This document shows positions 12,332-25,765 of a stretch of 64,000 nucleotides of DNA, in pieces. The translations under genes and the position numbers were made by a program. How positions within the stretch are numbered: the first letter of the stretch is position 1; the number at the start of each line of letters is the position of its first letter. Below the pieces are notes generated by a model. That model saw only the letters and a program-made list of their open reading frames with translations, was not told the DNA's origin and did no database searches. This DNA is from Heptranchias perlo (lineage: Eukaryota), in NCBI RefSeq assembly GCF_035084215.1, contig NC_090343.1:8556001-8620000 (forward strand), given 5' to 3'.

Positions 12332-12991
12332 CTGAGAAATGCAAAGGGGGGCGGGGAGGAGGGAAAAACTATCAGCCTGAAGCTTGTCAACTTTTCATTG
12401 CAACATCCCCCAGCAAACTGTTTCTTCAAACCCAGTTATTGTGCCAGACAATCTGGAAGTCTGTGATGAACCAGATATTAACCTTAGAACTTTTTTTATG
12501 CAATTACATAACCTTTGGATGGGCACGAGAGAGACACGTCATTAGTTATAATGAGTGACAGATTTTTATTTCATAAATATGTCATTTTTATAATACCTGA
12601 TAGCCCCTGACCATGGATGCAATGCATTGTTCATGATTCCGGTCTAATAGAGAAACCATTTTTAAAAAATTAATTTTCTGACACACTATACCACAGCTGA
12701 CTGACTGGAAGAGACTGCCACAAATTTCATGGTCTACACTGGATATTATCTTGTGTTCAGTGTCACTCCTTGTGTCCCCTATGACCTGGAGTGTACTTTT
12801 ACCGAACAAAATCTAGTCAAACATTAGCATGAACCAGGGATTGTAACATAGATCCTTTGTTGTGTGTACTGGATACGACAATCTCACACATGCCCCTATG
12901 TGCACTGTCCTGTCTTTTTGGAAGATGGACTGAAAAACACCCTAGTGACAAGGACAATTGCAAACCAACCAACTAGTTTATTTTGCATAGA

Positions 12992-13480
12992 TGAGTGCAG
13001 CTCCAACAACACTCAAGAAGCTCGACACCCGATCCAGGACAAAGCAGCCCGCTTGATTGGCACCCCATCCACCACCCTAAACATTCACTCCCTTCACCAC
13101 CGGCGCACTGTGGCTGCAGTGTGTACCGTCCACAGGATGCACTGCAGCAACTCGCCAAGGCTTCTTCGACAGCACCTCCCAAACCCACGACCTCTACTAC
13201 CTAGAAGGACAAGAGCAGCAGGTACATGGGAACAACACCACCTGCACGTTCCCCTCCAAGTCACACACCATTCCGACTTGGAAATATATCACCGTTCCTT
13301 CATCGTCGCTGGGTCAAAATCCTGGAACTCCCTTCCTAACAGCACTGTGGGAGAACCTTCACCGCATGGACTGCAGCGGTTCAAGAAGGCGGCTCACCAC
13401 CACCTTCTCAAGGGCAATTAGGGATGGGCAATAAATGCCGGCCTCGCCAGCGACGCCCACATCCCATGAACGAATAAATT
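12992..13480 (+). mobile_element. CR1-group LINE 3' end (probably same family as 1-2021)
   Basis: IQDKAARLIG...SLHHRR...SWNSLP...FKKAAHHHLLKGN* then 3' UTR ending gaataaa. Confidence 0.85.
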
Positions 13481-14339
13481 TTAAAAAATAGTTTTGCAGT
13501 GAGATACATCCATTTTCTATCGAACCTCATATGATGTAAAAAGGATACACAACTTTTCTATTTTCCAGGCAGAACCTACTTACAAACTAACGGTCCCTAG
13601 ACTAGTTGGACCAACGTCCTTTATTATTTGGTGTTCATTCCTCAGCCTGGACTCTCACTGTCTCAGAGTTCCCTCTCCAGGGAGAGAGAGGAAAGAGAGA
13701 GAGAGAGAAAGAGATGGAGAAAGAAGATGGTTTTCTGTCCCCCCTGTAACTCTATATTTCATGAGAATTGGTCCACTGAGCTGCCAATCAATGCTATCAC
13801 CTTGAACAAAAAACCATCCCCTTGGTATGAAAGCTTAAGGCACCTGATTGTGCCTCCTTGCATGTAGGAGGCATGGGGCATGATGACTTTCTATAAAAGA
13901 CCCTCTTCGTGTTGCCTCGTCTAACAGAGAAACTGTACAATACGCCTGCTTTCTAACACATTGCTCATTAGAACTTTTTTTTTTGTATGGCTCCAAAGAA
14001 AGTTTTATAGAAAGTGTCTAGTACAAGTTCCAAGCCAATACTACAGTAAGTGTAGCTCACCATGTGCACGTCCTGCTGGCAATCCCTCCACCGATGCCAC
14101 CTCAGCTCCCTTAATGATGTCACGCATATACTGGTTTCGACCACCTGAGTGGGGGGGGGGGGGGGGGGGGGGGGGAGGTCAGAGAGGAATTTTCCAAAGT
14201 ACTTTTTTCCCTTTGAGGCCGTGGATTTTTTTCTGTTTTTTGCCTCTCCCAGGAGATTACACGGCGACATGGGTTGGGGGGGGATGGAGGGGAGGGGGAG
14301 GTGGGGACGAAGCATTTAGTCATGATGCCGAGGGGTGGC

Positions 14340-14725
14340 ATAATAGAGATTTTTAAAATTATGAAGGGGTTTGATAGAGTAGACGTAGAGAAGATGTTTC
14401 CACTTGTGGGGGAGACCAGAACCAGGGGTCATAAATATAAGATAGTCATTAATAAAACCAATAGGGAATTCAGGAGAAACTTCTTTACCCATGGAGTGGT
14501 TAGAATGTGGAACTCGCTACAACAAGGAGGAGTAGCTGAGGTGAATAGCATAGACGCCTTTAAGGGGAAGCTACATAAACACATGAGGAAGAAAGGATTA
14601 GAAGGATATGTTGATGGGGTTGGATGAAGAAGGGTGGGAGGAGGCTCGTGTGGAGCATAAACACCGGCATAGACCAGTTGGGCAGAATGGCCTGTTTCTG
14701 TGCTGTAAATTCTATGTAATTCTAT
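14340..14725 (+). mobile_element. CR1 3' fragment nested in another repeat (related to 29170-29400)
   Basis: EIFKIMKGFDRVDVEKMFPL...FFTHGVVRMWNSL; tail attctatgtaattctatg. Flanks 14120-14335 and 14730-14800 match 29170-29400. Confidence 0.8.
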
Positions 14726-15827
14726 GTTCTGGCCATCATGGTGTGGGGCAGGCTTGATGAACCAACTGGTCTTTTCTGCCCGTCAGTTTTGTATGTTCGT
14801 AGGATGAGGCTGTCTTTCCATCTCCTTCCGTGAAAACATTGCTGTCTATGCCTAGCACAGTAGTTACTAACCCTCTGCCTACGGAGTGGGCAACTTACTT
14901 TTACAACCCCTGTCTGCTCCATTCACGTAGTGGCTCCTGAAATTGCGATTCTGGCTTGTTTTGACTCCCCCGTCATAATTTGCAGCTTCCGCACGTTTGC
15001 GGACCTTGCACCTGTGCAGAAAAGGTGAGTCGTTACGCTGGCAGCGAACGGCACGAATGGAGGTGGGCCGCTGTGGCCTTTATTCAGGAGTTTGGACAAG
15101 GAGGGAGGGAATAGTAGTGTTTTAAGGTATGTTTTAAGGAAGCATGGAAAATGTGAGGTCACCTAAACCCATTCTGGATTGATTGAGAGCAAGTGAAGGT
15201 TACTGTGTCCTATAGAGATAGCTCCTCGTCGGGTTGCTAAACAACGTAAATAACAGCAAGCAGAACAGATTGCTGATGGTAGGGGAGGTGTAACGTTTGC
15301 AACTGTAAGACAAGGAGCAGACAGCCAAGAAATATAAATCAGTGGCTGCCACAACGATACTAACGGGGAAAGCAATTGTGAAGGAGAAGCAAGATTAAAG
15401 CTATAAATGTGAATTTTTTTACCCAATTTGCATTAAAATACATTTTAAGTTACGTAGCTTTACTTTGTAAAAACTCTCCACATCTTGCTGCTAGGTCTAT
15501 ATGAACTTGGATCAAACTGGGCTTGTGTAAATAGACTGATTTGAATTCTTGTTCCTTTCCTTCTCTATCAAAATATCTTGCAGCAGGTGTCACACTGTAA
15601 TTTGACACCGTACAGCAGATGTACTGTTCCAGGGTAAATATTCCACTGTAAGTGCTAAATGTATTAGGTTCAATTCAGACACAAACTGAAACCTGTCCCT
15701 AAAACAAATGGGGTGAGAGAGTGGTTCAGCCACTGTTTAGATTCTGCCCCATTGAGAGGTTGGCCAATCAGAATGTTATAGCTCCTGCTTATGAGCCAAT
15801 GTTTACATGGGTTACATAGAATTACAT

Positions 15828-16100
15828 TACATAGAACTTACAGCACAGAATCAGGCCATTCAGCCCAACCGGTCTACGCCGGTGTTTCGGCTCCACACGA
15901 GCCTCCTCCCACTCTTTTTACTTCATCTCACCCTATCTGCATATCCTTCTATTCCTTTCTCCCTCATGTACTTATCTAGCTTCCCCTGAAATGCATCTAT
16001 GCTATTCGCCTCAATTGCTTCATGTGATAGCGAGTTCCACATTCTAACCATTCTCTGGGTAAAGAAGTTTCTCCTGAATTCCCTACTGGATTGGTTATTG
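15828..16100 (-). mobile_element. CR1 3' fragment
   Basis: Reverse complement of the 3' end seen at 14460-14725 and 44305-44535. Confidence 0.8.
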
Positions 16101-17259
16101 ATTAAACTTTTATCTGTTTCACCTCTGAGAGTGAATTTGCCAAAAAGTGCTTGTAACTGTTTAAAGTGACATTTAAAAAAAAAACCATTTGTCTTGGAAA
16201 TGTCAAAAACTGGAATTAAACTTAGGAATTGTCCCTTGTGCCAAGTCCAATGCCGATGTCAAAGGGTATGGGGGAAAGGGCGGGGAAGTGGAGTTGAGGT
16301 AAAAATCAGATCGGCCATGATCTCAATGAATGGCGGAGCAGGCTTGAGGGGCTGAACGGCCAACTCCTGCTCCGATCTCTTATAGTCTTATGATTCCAGT
16401 TTTTATTACCAGCTTCACACCTAATGGAGTAAGATGGTTGCTACCCAGTGAAGTTCAACAATTACAAGGAGCCTGTCTTTCACAAGTTCTTGTAGTGCAT
16501 CAGTAGGATCATCCTCTATGCGCTTTTTCCAATCAAAGAATGTAGTTTGCAGCAGTTGCATAGGCTTAAGCCAACATAGGAAAAAAGTATTCACTGTGCC
16601 TCGATTTCAAGAGATATTCTTTCTATCTAGAAATAGGACATTCCGATTGACACTGAGGAGACCTCCACAAATATTAGTTTTCAATCATTACTCACAAGTG
16701 CATAAGTTCTGTAAGTCGTAAAGCAAATAACAATATGGAACGCACCATTGGCAATATTCCACAAACCTAATGCCCGTTGCTACGAGGTTACCATGATGCA
16801 TAGTTGCCAACCATTCACATTTTGGACATGATAGCCCTGATAATATGGTAATATCGCCCTTCTCCGCCCCTGCCTCAGCCCTTCTGCTGCTGAAACCCTC
16901 ATCCATGCTTCTGTTATCTCCAGACCTGACTATTCCAATGCTCTCTTGGCCATGGAAAATTTAAAAACCTTTACGGTCCCCACTGTTTACAGCGGGCGCA
17001 TTGATGTTAACACGCTTTGCCCACTTTACTCGGTGAGTAAAACCAAAAAGCAAAGTAATAAAACAAGAGGTCTCCACTTAGCAATTACCTCTCCTAATTG
17101 TTCGCGGTTACATCCAGAATCTCATTGCTGAGGTGATCGCACTTTAACCAGGTGCGAACAGTCGATTGAAGCTGCTTGAAGACCTGACTTTGCCTGAAAT
17201 CAGCAAAGCATTTCTAAATGGGTACGTACAGGGTAAGTACTTACTGAACTGCCCAAAAT

Positions 17260-19333
17260 GGACAACCAGGAACACTACAGACGGTTACCCGCAGATCCGA
17301 CCAAAGAACACACCCACCAGCTCAACAAACTGATCAAGACCTTCGATCCAGACCTTCAAAGCATCCTACGCACTCTCATCCCACGTAATCCCCGCGTGGG
17401 AGACTTCTACTGCCTCCCAAAGATACACAAAGCCAACACACCCGGACGTCCCATCGTATCAGGCAACGGAACCCTGTGTGAGAACCTCTCTGGATACATC
17501 GAGGGCATCCTGAAACCCATCGTACAGGGAACCCCCAGCTTCTGTCGCGACACTACAGACTTCCTACAAAAACTCAGTACCCACGGACCAGTTGAACCAG
17601 GAACACTTCTCACCACGATGGACGTCTCGGCACTATACACCAGTATCCCCCACGATGACGGCATCGCTGCGACAGCATCAATACTCAACACCAACAACAG
17701 CCAATCTCCGGAAGCCATCCTACAACTCATCCGCTTCATCCTGGATCACAATGTCTTCACCTTCGATAACCAGTTCTTTACCCAAACACACGGAACAGCC
17801 ATGGGGACCAAATTCGCACCCCAATACGCCAACATTTTCATGCACAAGTTCGAGCAGGACTTCTTCACTGCACAAGACCTCCAACCAACACTATACACCA
17901 GATACATCGACGACATTTTCTTTCTATGGACCCACGGCAAGGAATCACTAAAGAGACTACACGATAACATCAACAAGTTCCATCCCACCATCAAGCTCAC
18001 CATGGACTACTCCTCAGAATCAGTTTCTTTCTTGGACACACGAATCTCCATCAAAGACGGGCACCTCAGCACCTCACTCTACCGCAAGCCCACGGACAAC
18101 CTCACGATGCTCCACTTTTCCAGCTTCCACCCTAACCACGTCAAAGAGGCCATCCCCTATGGACAGGCCCTGCGAATACACAGGGTCTGCTCAGACGAGG
18201 AGGAACGCGATGGACACCTACAGACGCTGAAAGACGCCCTAGTAAGAACGGGATATGACGCTCGACTCATCGATCGACAGTTCTGACGGGCCACAGCAAA
18301 AAATCGCATAGACCTCCTCAGGAGACTAACATGGGACGCAACCAACAGAGTACCCTTTGTCGTCCAGTACTTCCCCGGAGCGGAGAAACTACGCCATGTT
18401 CTCCGCAGCCTTCAACATGTCATCAATGAGGACAAACACCTCGCTATGGCCATCCCCACACCTCCACTACTCGCCTTTAAACAGCCACCCAACCTCAAAC
18501 AGACCATCGTTCTCAGCAAATTACCTAGCTTTCAAGAGAACAGCGTCCACGACACCACACAACCCTGCCACGGTAACCTCTGCAAGACATGCCAGATCAT
18601 CGACACAGATACCACCATCACACGAGAGGACACCACCCACCAGGTGCATGGTTCATACTCCTGTGACTCGGCCAACGTTGTCTACCTCATACATTGCAGG
18701 AAAGGATGCCCCAGAGCATGGTACATTGGCGAGACCATGCAGACGCTGCGACAACGGATGAACGGACACCGCGCAACAATCGCCAAACAGGAGGGTTCCC
18801 TCCCAGTCGGGGAACACTTCAGCAGTCATGGACATTCATCCACCGACCTTCGGGTAAGCGTACTCCAAGGCGGCCTTCGAGACACACGACAACGCAAAAT
18901 CGTCGAGCAGAAATTGATAGCCAAGTTCCGCACCCATGAGGACGGCCTCAACCGGGATCTTGGGTTCATGTCACGCTACACGTTACCCCACCAGCGAACA
19001 AATGTTATCTGTTTTTAATATAATGGGTCATTTGCTGGCTTTCTCTGCCTTCCGGATGTTTCTGCCTCTCTCTGTTTTTTTTCCTGTTTGTTTTTTTGTT
19101 GAATGTGTATTCGGGGGTTCTGCAGGCCTCTCTGTCTGAACACGGTGATTGCCTTGGCAACGGGCAGTTGCAGGGGCAGTCTGTAAACACCATGTATTGT
19201 TCTATATGTATAAATGCGTAGGCTTCAAGGAGCTCCTGAACATTTACCTGAGGAAGGAGGAAGCCTCCGAAAGCTTGTGAATTTAAAATAAAATTGCTGG
19301 ACTATAACTTGGTGTTGTAAAATTGTTTACAAT
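17260..19333 (+). mobile_element. Penelope-like element (RT + GIY-YIG), 5'-truncated, one nonsense codon, 10-bp TSD
   Basis: RT motifs LPKIHK, PGRPIVS, MDVSALYTSIP, GTAMG, RYIDD. The same frame continues past TGA 18284-18286 into the GIY-YIG ORF (to 19018). TSD tgcccaaaat at 17250-17259 and 19334-19343. Confidence 0.95.
19242..19282 (+). ncRNA. Minimal hammerhead ribozyme motif in Penelope terminus
   Basis: atttac-CTGAGGA-a-ggagg(aag)cctcc-GAAA-gctt-gtgaat; stem I has one G-U pair. Confidence 0.72.
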
Positions 19334-21066
19334 TGCCCAAAATAGTTGGCGTGCTTAATACGTTATAAGCTTAATGCCTTTGTGATTGACTCTTATGGTA
19401 ATGGCAAATGGTTAGTGCCATTTGCCCAATCTAGGCGGCTGCCCATGATAAGCGTGGTCAGTGTAAGTAGTGCAGACTGTGTTTACAATGTGTATTTTTT
19501 GTTTTGCTGTTGCACATTGCCTGGACAGATCCTCTACTCTGCTCTGACAAGCTTGACAGACTGACTTTCCATGGAAGATCGACATTGTATTTGTTGACTA
19601 AGTACTGTAGCCTTCCTGATCAATACTTTTAAAGGTTATCCTTAATGGAGAGCTAAAACTAAATGCTAAGTGTTCACGAGCTAAGAGACAACCTGGTTTT
19701 TTTGCCAGCTGAATTCAGGTCAGAAACTAGAAGCATCCAATTTACAATTTATTTTCTTGAGAAACAGCTGTAGCTCTGTTAAGCTGCTTTCTTGTTGAAG
19801 TATTTTAGGATGTAAGATTCTTGTTGCAATCACTTTCTGTGATGTACAGAGATGTCATGTTTTTATTGCCATCTGCTTTTTTAGTAATGAACTTTATTAA
19901 ATAGAAAAACTTTCTTTATAGGCAACCTAGTGGAAAAAGTGTCTCAGTACACTTCAAAATGCTGGAAAATGCACCGAAAAGTGTCCGAAATCAAAATTTC
20001 CTGGGGTGGCATGCTCCCGAACCTTGCTAGAAGTTACATTCTGCACCATCAGAGCTGACAACACCTTTCAAAAAAATTCTAAATCCACCACTGCAAAAAT
20101 TACACTTTTGTGTTGTACTTTTCCTGCCCAATGAATATTAAGATACAGCTGCAGCTTAAGTCACGACAATTTTGTGTCCCGTTCCACTTCCGTTGTAACT
20201 ATTTCTTTTTATATGTCATATGTGAGGCCACTGGGTTTTAGTTTTCACAGAAAAGCAAACTGAGATGCAGAATGCGATCCCGAAACACTGATAAAAATCT
20301 TGAAATCCAACATAAATAAAAGGAATTTAACTTGTTCAGTCAACCTGAAGCAGTGGCCTTGGTCACAGGACTATTTTTCAGTTGTACATTGTTTTTTTTT
20401 TGAGTAGTCAGCTTTTTGGGGCTGTGTCAGCTTTTTTGAAGCAGTACGTCAGCTTTTCCGAATGTTGTAGATTGGCCCGAGTGCCCAATAATGTGGTTTC
20501 CCCTGAGTTCAGTGGCATCATCCCCGCTCTGGGCAGGCTCCATTGCACTCATTGTCCAGCAATAAAGGTGATAATCAAGAAAACTGTGAACTCAAAAGAT
20601 TGCAGACAATTATGGTATTATAAGCCCAGCACACAGAGACGGAGATGTAAGATTGACGGTTCTAGCTTTTAGGGACCATGGTTCGCACTTGCCTGTTGTT
20701 CCACTAGTTTGTTTTAAGAGCTTCTCACAATACTCACTGGGAAAGAGGTTGGATATCAGCATCATGTGCAAAAGTCAGGATGGTGCAGTAGGTTAGTGCT
20801 CTGAACCATTGGGACCTTGATTCAAATCCAAACGGTATTTGCAACATCTCTTTCTAATGACTGAAATGAGCTTGGGGCAGGATCAAACCAGTTCCCAATC
20901 AGTATGAGTCAACAGCACAAAAGAACTGCAATTCAGCACAAATTCAACTTAAATGGCCAGTCTCTCTTGGAGAAGCCATAAGCCGGCAAGAGTCGGCTGT
21001 GCTGCGCCGAGGCTGGGGTTAAGCCACGTTGTTAGAGAAGGGTAAAAGGAGATTTACACAGGAAAC

Positions 21067-21345
21067 ATTAAAACAGGAGTAGGCCATTCAGCCCCTTCAG
21101 CCTGTTCCTCCATTCAATTAGATCATGGCTGATCTGTATCTCAACTCCATTTACCTGCCTTTGCTCCATATCCCTCGCTACCCTTACCTGACAAAAATCT
21201 ATCGATACAAGTCTTGAAAGCTCCAATTGACCCTCAGCATCCACAGCCTTTTGGGGAGCGAGTTCCAGATTTCTACTACACTTTGTGTGGAAAAAGTGAT
21301 TCCTGATTTCCCTCCTAAATAGCCTAGCTCTAATTTTAAGATTAT
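21067..21345 (-). mobile_element. Older CR1 3' end, split by the insertion at 21346-24960
   Basis: ...ttttaagattat joins gtcctcttgttct at ~24962, restoring a typical CR1 3' sequence. Confidence 0.8.
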
Positions 21346-24300
21346 AGAATCATAGAAGTTTACAACATGGAAACAGGCCCTTCGGCCCAACATGTCCATG
21401 TCGCCCAGTTTATACCACTAAGCTAGTCCCAATTGCCTGCACTTGGCCCATATCCCTCTATACCCATCTTACCCATGTAACTGTCCAATTGCTTTTTAAA
21501 AGACAAAATTGTACCCGCCTCTACTACTGCCTCTGGCAGCTCGTTCCAGACACTCACCACCCTTTGAGTGAAAAAATTGCCCCTCTGGACCCTTTTGTAT
21601 CTCTCCCCTCTCACCTTAAATCTATGCCCCCTCGTTATAGACTCCCCTACCTTTGGGAAAAGATTTTGACTATCTACCTTATCTATGCCCCTCATTATTT
21701 TATAGACTTCTATAAGATCACCCCTAAACCTCCTACTCTCCAGGGCAAAAAGTCTCAGTCTATCCAACCTCTCCCTATAAGTCAAACCATCAAGTCCCGG
21801 TAGCATCCTAGTAAATCTTTTCTGCACTCTTTCTAGTTTAATAATATCCTTTCTATAATAGGGTGACCAGAACTGTACACAGTATTCCAAGTGTGGCCTT
21901 ACTAATGTCTTGTACAACTTCAACAAGACATCCCAACTCCTGTATTCAATGTTCTGACCAATGAAACCAAGCATGCTGAATGCCTTCTTCACCACCCTAT
22001 CCACCTGTGACTCCACTTTCAAGGAGCTATGAACCTGTACTCCTAGATCTCTTTGTTCTATAACTCTCCCCAACGCCCTACCATTAACGGAATAGGTCCT
22101 GGCCCGATTCGATCTACCAAAATGCATCACCTCACATTTATCTAAATTAAACTCCATCTGCCATTCATCGGCCCACTGGCCCAATTTATCAAGATCCCGT
22201 TGCAATCCTAGATAACCTTCTTCACTGCCACCACAATGCCACCAATCTTGGTGTCATCTGCAAACTTACTAACCATGCCTCCTAAATTCTCATCCAAATC
22301 ATTAATATAAATAACAAATAACAGCGGACCCAGCACCGATCCCTGAGGCACACTGCTGGTCACAGGCCTCCAGTTTGAAAAACAACCCTCTACAACCACC
22401 CTCTGTCTTCTGTCGTCAAGCCAATTTTGTATCCAATTGGCTACCTCACCTTGGATCCCGTGAGATTTAACCTTATGTAACAACCTACCATGCGGTACCT
22501 TGTCAAAGGCTTTGCTGAAGTCCATGTAGACCATGTCTACTGCACAGCCCTCATCTATCTTCTTGGTTACCCCTTCAAAAAACTCAATCAAATTCGTGAG
22601 ACATGATTTTCCACTCACAAAACCATGCTGACTGTTCCTAATCAGTCCCTGCCTCTCCAAATGCCTGTCGATCCTATCTCTCAGAATACCCTCTAACAAC
22701 TTACCCACTACAGATGTCAGGCTCACCGGTCTGTAGTTCCCAGGCTTTTCCCTGCCGCCCTTCTTAAACAAAGGCACAACATTTGCTACCCTCCAATCTT
22801 CAGGCACCTCACCTGTAGCTGTCGATGATTCAAATATCTCTGCTGGGGGACCCGCAATTTCCTCCCTAACCTCCCATAACGTTCTGGGATACATTTCATC
22901 AGGTCCCGGAGATTTATCTACCTTGATGCGCGTTAAGACTTCCAGCACCTCCCTCTCTGTAATATGTACACTCCTCAAGACATCACTATTTATTTCCCCA
23001 AGTTCCCTAACATCCATGCCTTTCTCAACCGTAAATACCGATGTGAAATATTCATTTAGGATCTCACCCATCTCTTGTGGTTCCGCACATAGATGACCTT
23101 GTTGATCCTTAAGAGGCCCTACTCTCTCCCTAGTTACTCTTTTGCCCTTTATGTATTTGTAGAAGCTCTTTGGATTCTCCTTTGCCTTATCTGCCAAAGC
23201 AATCTCATGTCCCCTTTTTGCCCTCCTGATTTCTCTCTTAACTCTACTCTGGCAATCTCTATACTCTTCAAGGGATCCACTTGATCCCAGCTGCCTATGC
23301 ATGTCATATGCCTCCTTCTTCTTTTTGACTAGGGCCTCAATCTCCCGAGTCATCCAAGGTTCCCTACTTCTACCAGCCTTGCCCTTCACTTTATAAGGAA
23401 TGTGCTTACCCTGAACCCTGGTTAACACACTTTTGAAAGCCTCCCACTTACCAGACGTCCCTTTGCCTGCCAACAGACTCTCCCAATCAACTTCTGAAAG
23501 TTCCTGTCTAATACCATCAAAATTGGCCTTTCTCCAATTTAGAATTTTAACTTTTGGGCCAGACCTATCATTCTCCATAGCTATCTTAAAACTAATGGAA
23601 TTATGATCACTGGTCCCAAAGTGATCCCTCACTAACACTTCTGTCACCTGCCCTTCCTTATTTCCCAAGAGGAGGTCAAGTTTTGCCCCCTCTCTAGTCG
23701 GGCCATCCACATACTGAATGAGAAATTCCTCCTGAATACACTCAACAAATTTCTCTCCATCCAAGCCCCTAATGCTATGGCTGTCCCACTCAATGTTGGG
23801 AAAGTTAAAGTCCCCTACTATTACCACCCTATTTTTCTTGCAGCTGTCTGTAATCTCCTTACATATTTGCTCCTCAATTTCCCGTTGACTATTTGGGGGT
23901 CTGTAGTACAATCCTATCAAAGTGATCTCTCCCTTCTTATTTTTCAGTTCTACCCATATAGACTCAGTGGGCGAACCCTCGGATATATCCCCTCTCACTA
24001 CTGCCGTGATGTTCTCCCTAATCAAGAACGCAACTCCCCCTCCTCTCTTACCTCCTGCTCTATCTTTCCTATAGCATCTGTACCCTGGAACATTGAGCTG
24101 CCAGTCCTGCCCCTCCCTTAGCCATGTTTCAGTAATAGCTATAACATCCCAGTCCCATGTACCCATCCATGCCCTGAGTTCATCTGCCTTGCCCATCAGA
24201 CTTCTTGCATTGAAATAAATGCAGTTTAATCTAGACTTCCCTTGGTCTTTGCCCTGCTTTCTCAGACCATCTGTCCGGTCATGTTTTGTACACTCTCCCT

Positions 24301-24960
24301 TACTGCCTTTTGTTTCTGTCACCACTTTACTTCCCACTGACTTCCTGCATCGGTTCCCATCCCCCTTCCACATTAGTTTAAACCCTCCCCAACAGCACTA
24401 GCAAACACTCCCCCTAGGACATTGGTTCCAGTCCTGCCCAGATGCAGACCGTCCAATTTGTACTGGTCCCACCTCCCCCAGAACCGGTTCCAATGGCCCA
24501 GGAATTTGAATCCCTCCTTCTTGCACCATCTCTCAAGCCACATATTCATCCTAGCTATCCTGTCATTCCTACTCTGACTAGCCCGTGGCACTGGTAGCAA
24601 TCCTGAGATTACTACCTTTGAGGTCCTACTTTTTAGTTTAACTACTAACTCCCTAAATTCAGCTTGTAGGACCTCATCCCGTTTTTTACCTATATCGTTG
24701 GTACCTATATGCACCACGACAACTGGCTGTTCACCCTCCCCCTCCAGAATGTCCTGCAGCCACTCCGAGACATCCCTGACCCTTGCACCAGGGAGGCAAC
24801 ATACCATCCTGGAGTCTCGGTTGCGTCCGCAGAAATGCCTGTCTATTCCCCTTACAATCGAGTCCCCTATCACTATAGCTCTGCCACTCTTTTTCCTGCC
24901 CTCCTGTGCAGCAGAGCCAGCCACAGTGCCATGAACCTGGCCGCTGTCACCTTCCCCTGG
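21346..24960 (-). mobile_element. Young HER1-like CR1 LINE: ORF1 SGNH-esterase domain plus complete ORF2 (APE + RT) with one frameshift
   Basis: ORF 24373..24924 has GDS, GTND and DGLH SGNH motifs. ORF2 from 24373 has NARSL, ITETW, GDFN, SDH (APE) and RT. A 2-nt insertion near 22228 (gtggtggcag vs gtggacag at ~9796) shifts the frame into 21423..22205. Confidence 0.95.
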
Positions 24961-25320
24961 TGTCCTCTTGTTCTCGAATTCTCCATCAGAAGAAAAAGTT
25001 TCTCTGTATATACCCTATCAAGTCCTTTCATCATCTTAAATACCTCAATTAGATCACACCTCAACCTTCTAGACTCAAGGGAATGCAAGCTTTTAGTAAT
25101 TTGTGTACATGGACACCTAAATCCCTTTGCTCCTCCACAGCTTCTAGTCTCTCACCTTTAACAAAATATTCCAATTTGTCTTTCTCAGGTCCAAAGTGAA
25201 TGACCTCACATTTCCTCACATTGAACTCCATCTGCCATAGTTTTATCCACTTACTTAGATTGTCAATGTCCCTTTGTAACTTCCTGCTCCCATCCACACC
25301 ACTTACAGTGCTTCCTAACT
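24961..25320 (-). mobile_element. Older CR1 fragment (5' portion of the split element)
   Basis: ORFs 25061..25297 (LQRDID...WQMEFNVRKCEVIHFG) and 24873..25088. Confidence 0.8.
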
Positions 25321-25621
25321 TATTCTTTGCTCTGCATCTAGTTGTTCTTCACTTAAACTGGAATTGCTAGGTGCTGAAAATTGGGGCCAGAAGTAATCAA
25401 ATGTTTTTTTTTTGCTTCCAATTGCATTCCTCACCTTAAAACAATTAAAATTCACATAATGAACTGAACTCTCAGTTTTAAAATGATCACTGTCCGAAAA
25501 CTAAAGCTGCAATATACCTTTAAGGGAATCAGCTGACTTGCAGATAGAAATATGGTATTCAGTGACTGCAGACATTATTTTTTTTATATAAAAAACCAAA
25601 TGAAAAAAAATGCCTGCTCGA

Positions 25622-25765
25622 TTCTCAGACCATGTAAAATTTGCCCGATCATGGATTATCTTCAGACCATGTACAATCTGCCCCATTGAGGACTCTATCT
25701 TCAGACCATTTACAATTTGCCCCATCACGGACTTTATCTTCAGATCATGTGTAATCTTTGCCATT
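25622..25765 (+). repeat. Degenerate ~39-bp minisatellite, ~3.6 copies
   Basis: tcagacca(t)-like starts at 25625, 25662, 25701 and 25740. Confidence 0.85.

Noticed and set aside
14150-14175. Long G/C homopolymers (also 2658, 32830, 33064, 33536, 63841) as functional G-quadruplexes
   Set aside because: Mostly within repeats, slippage-prone and of unreliable length.
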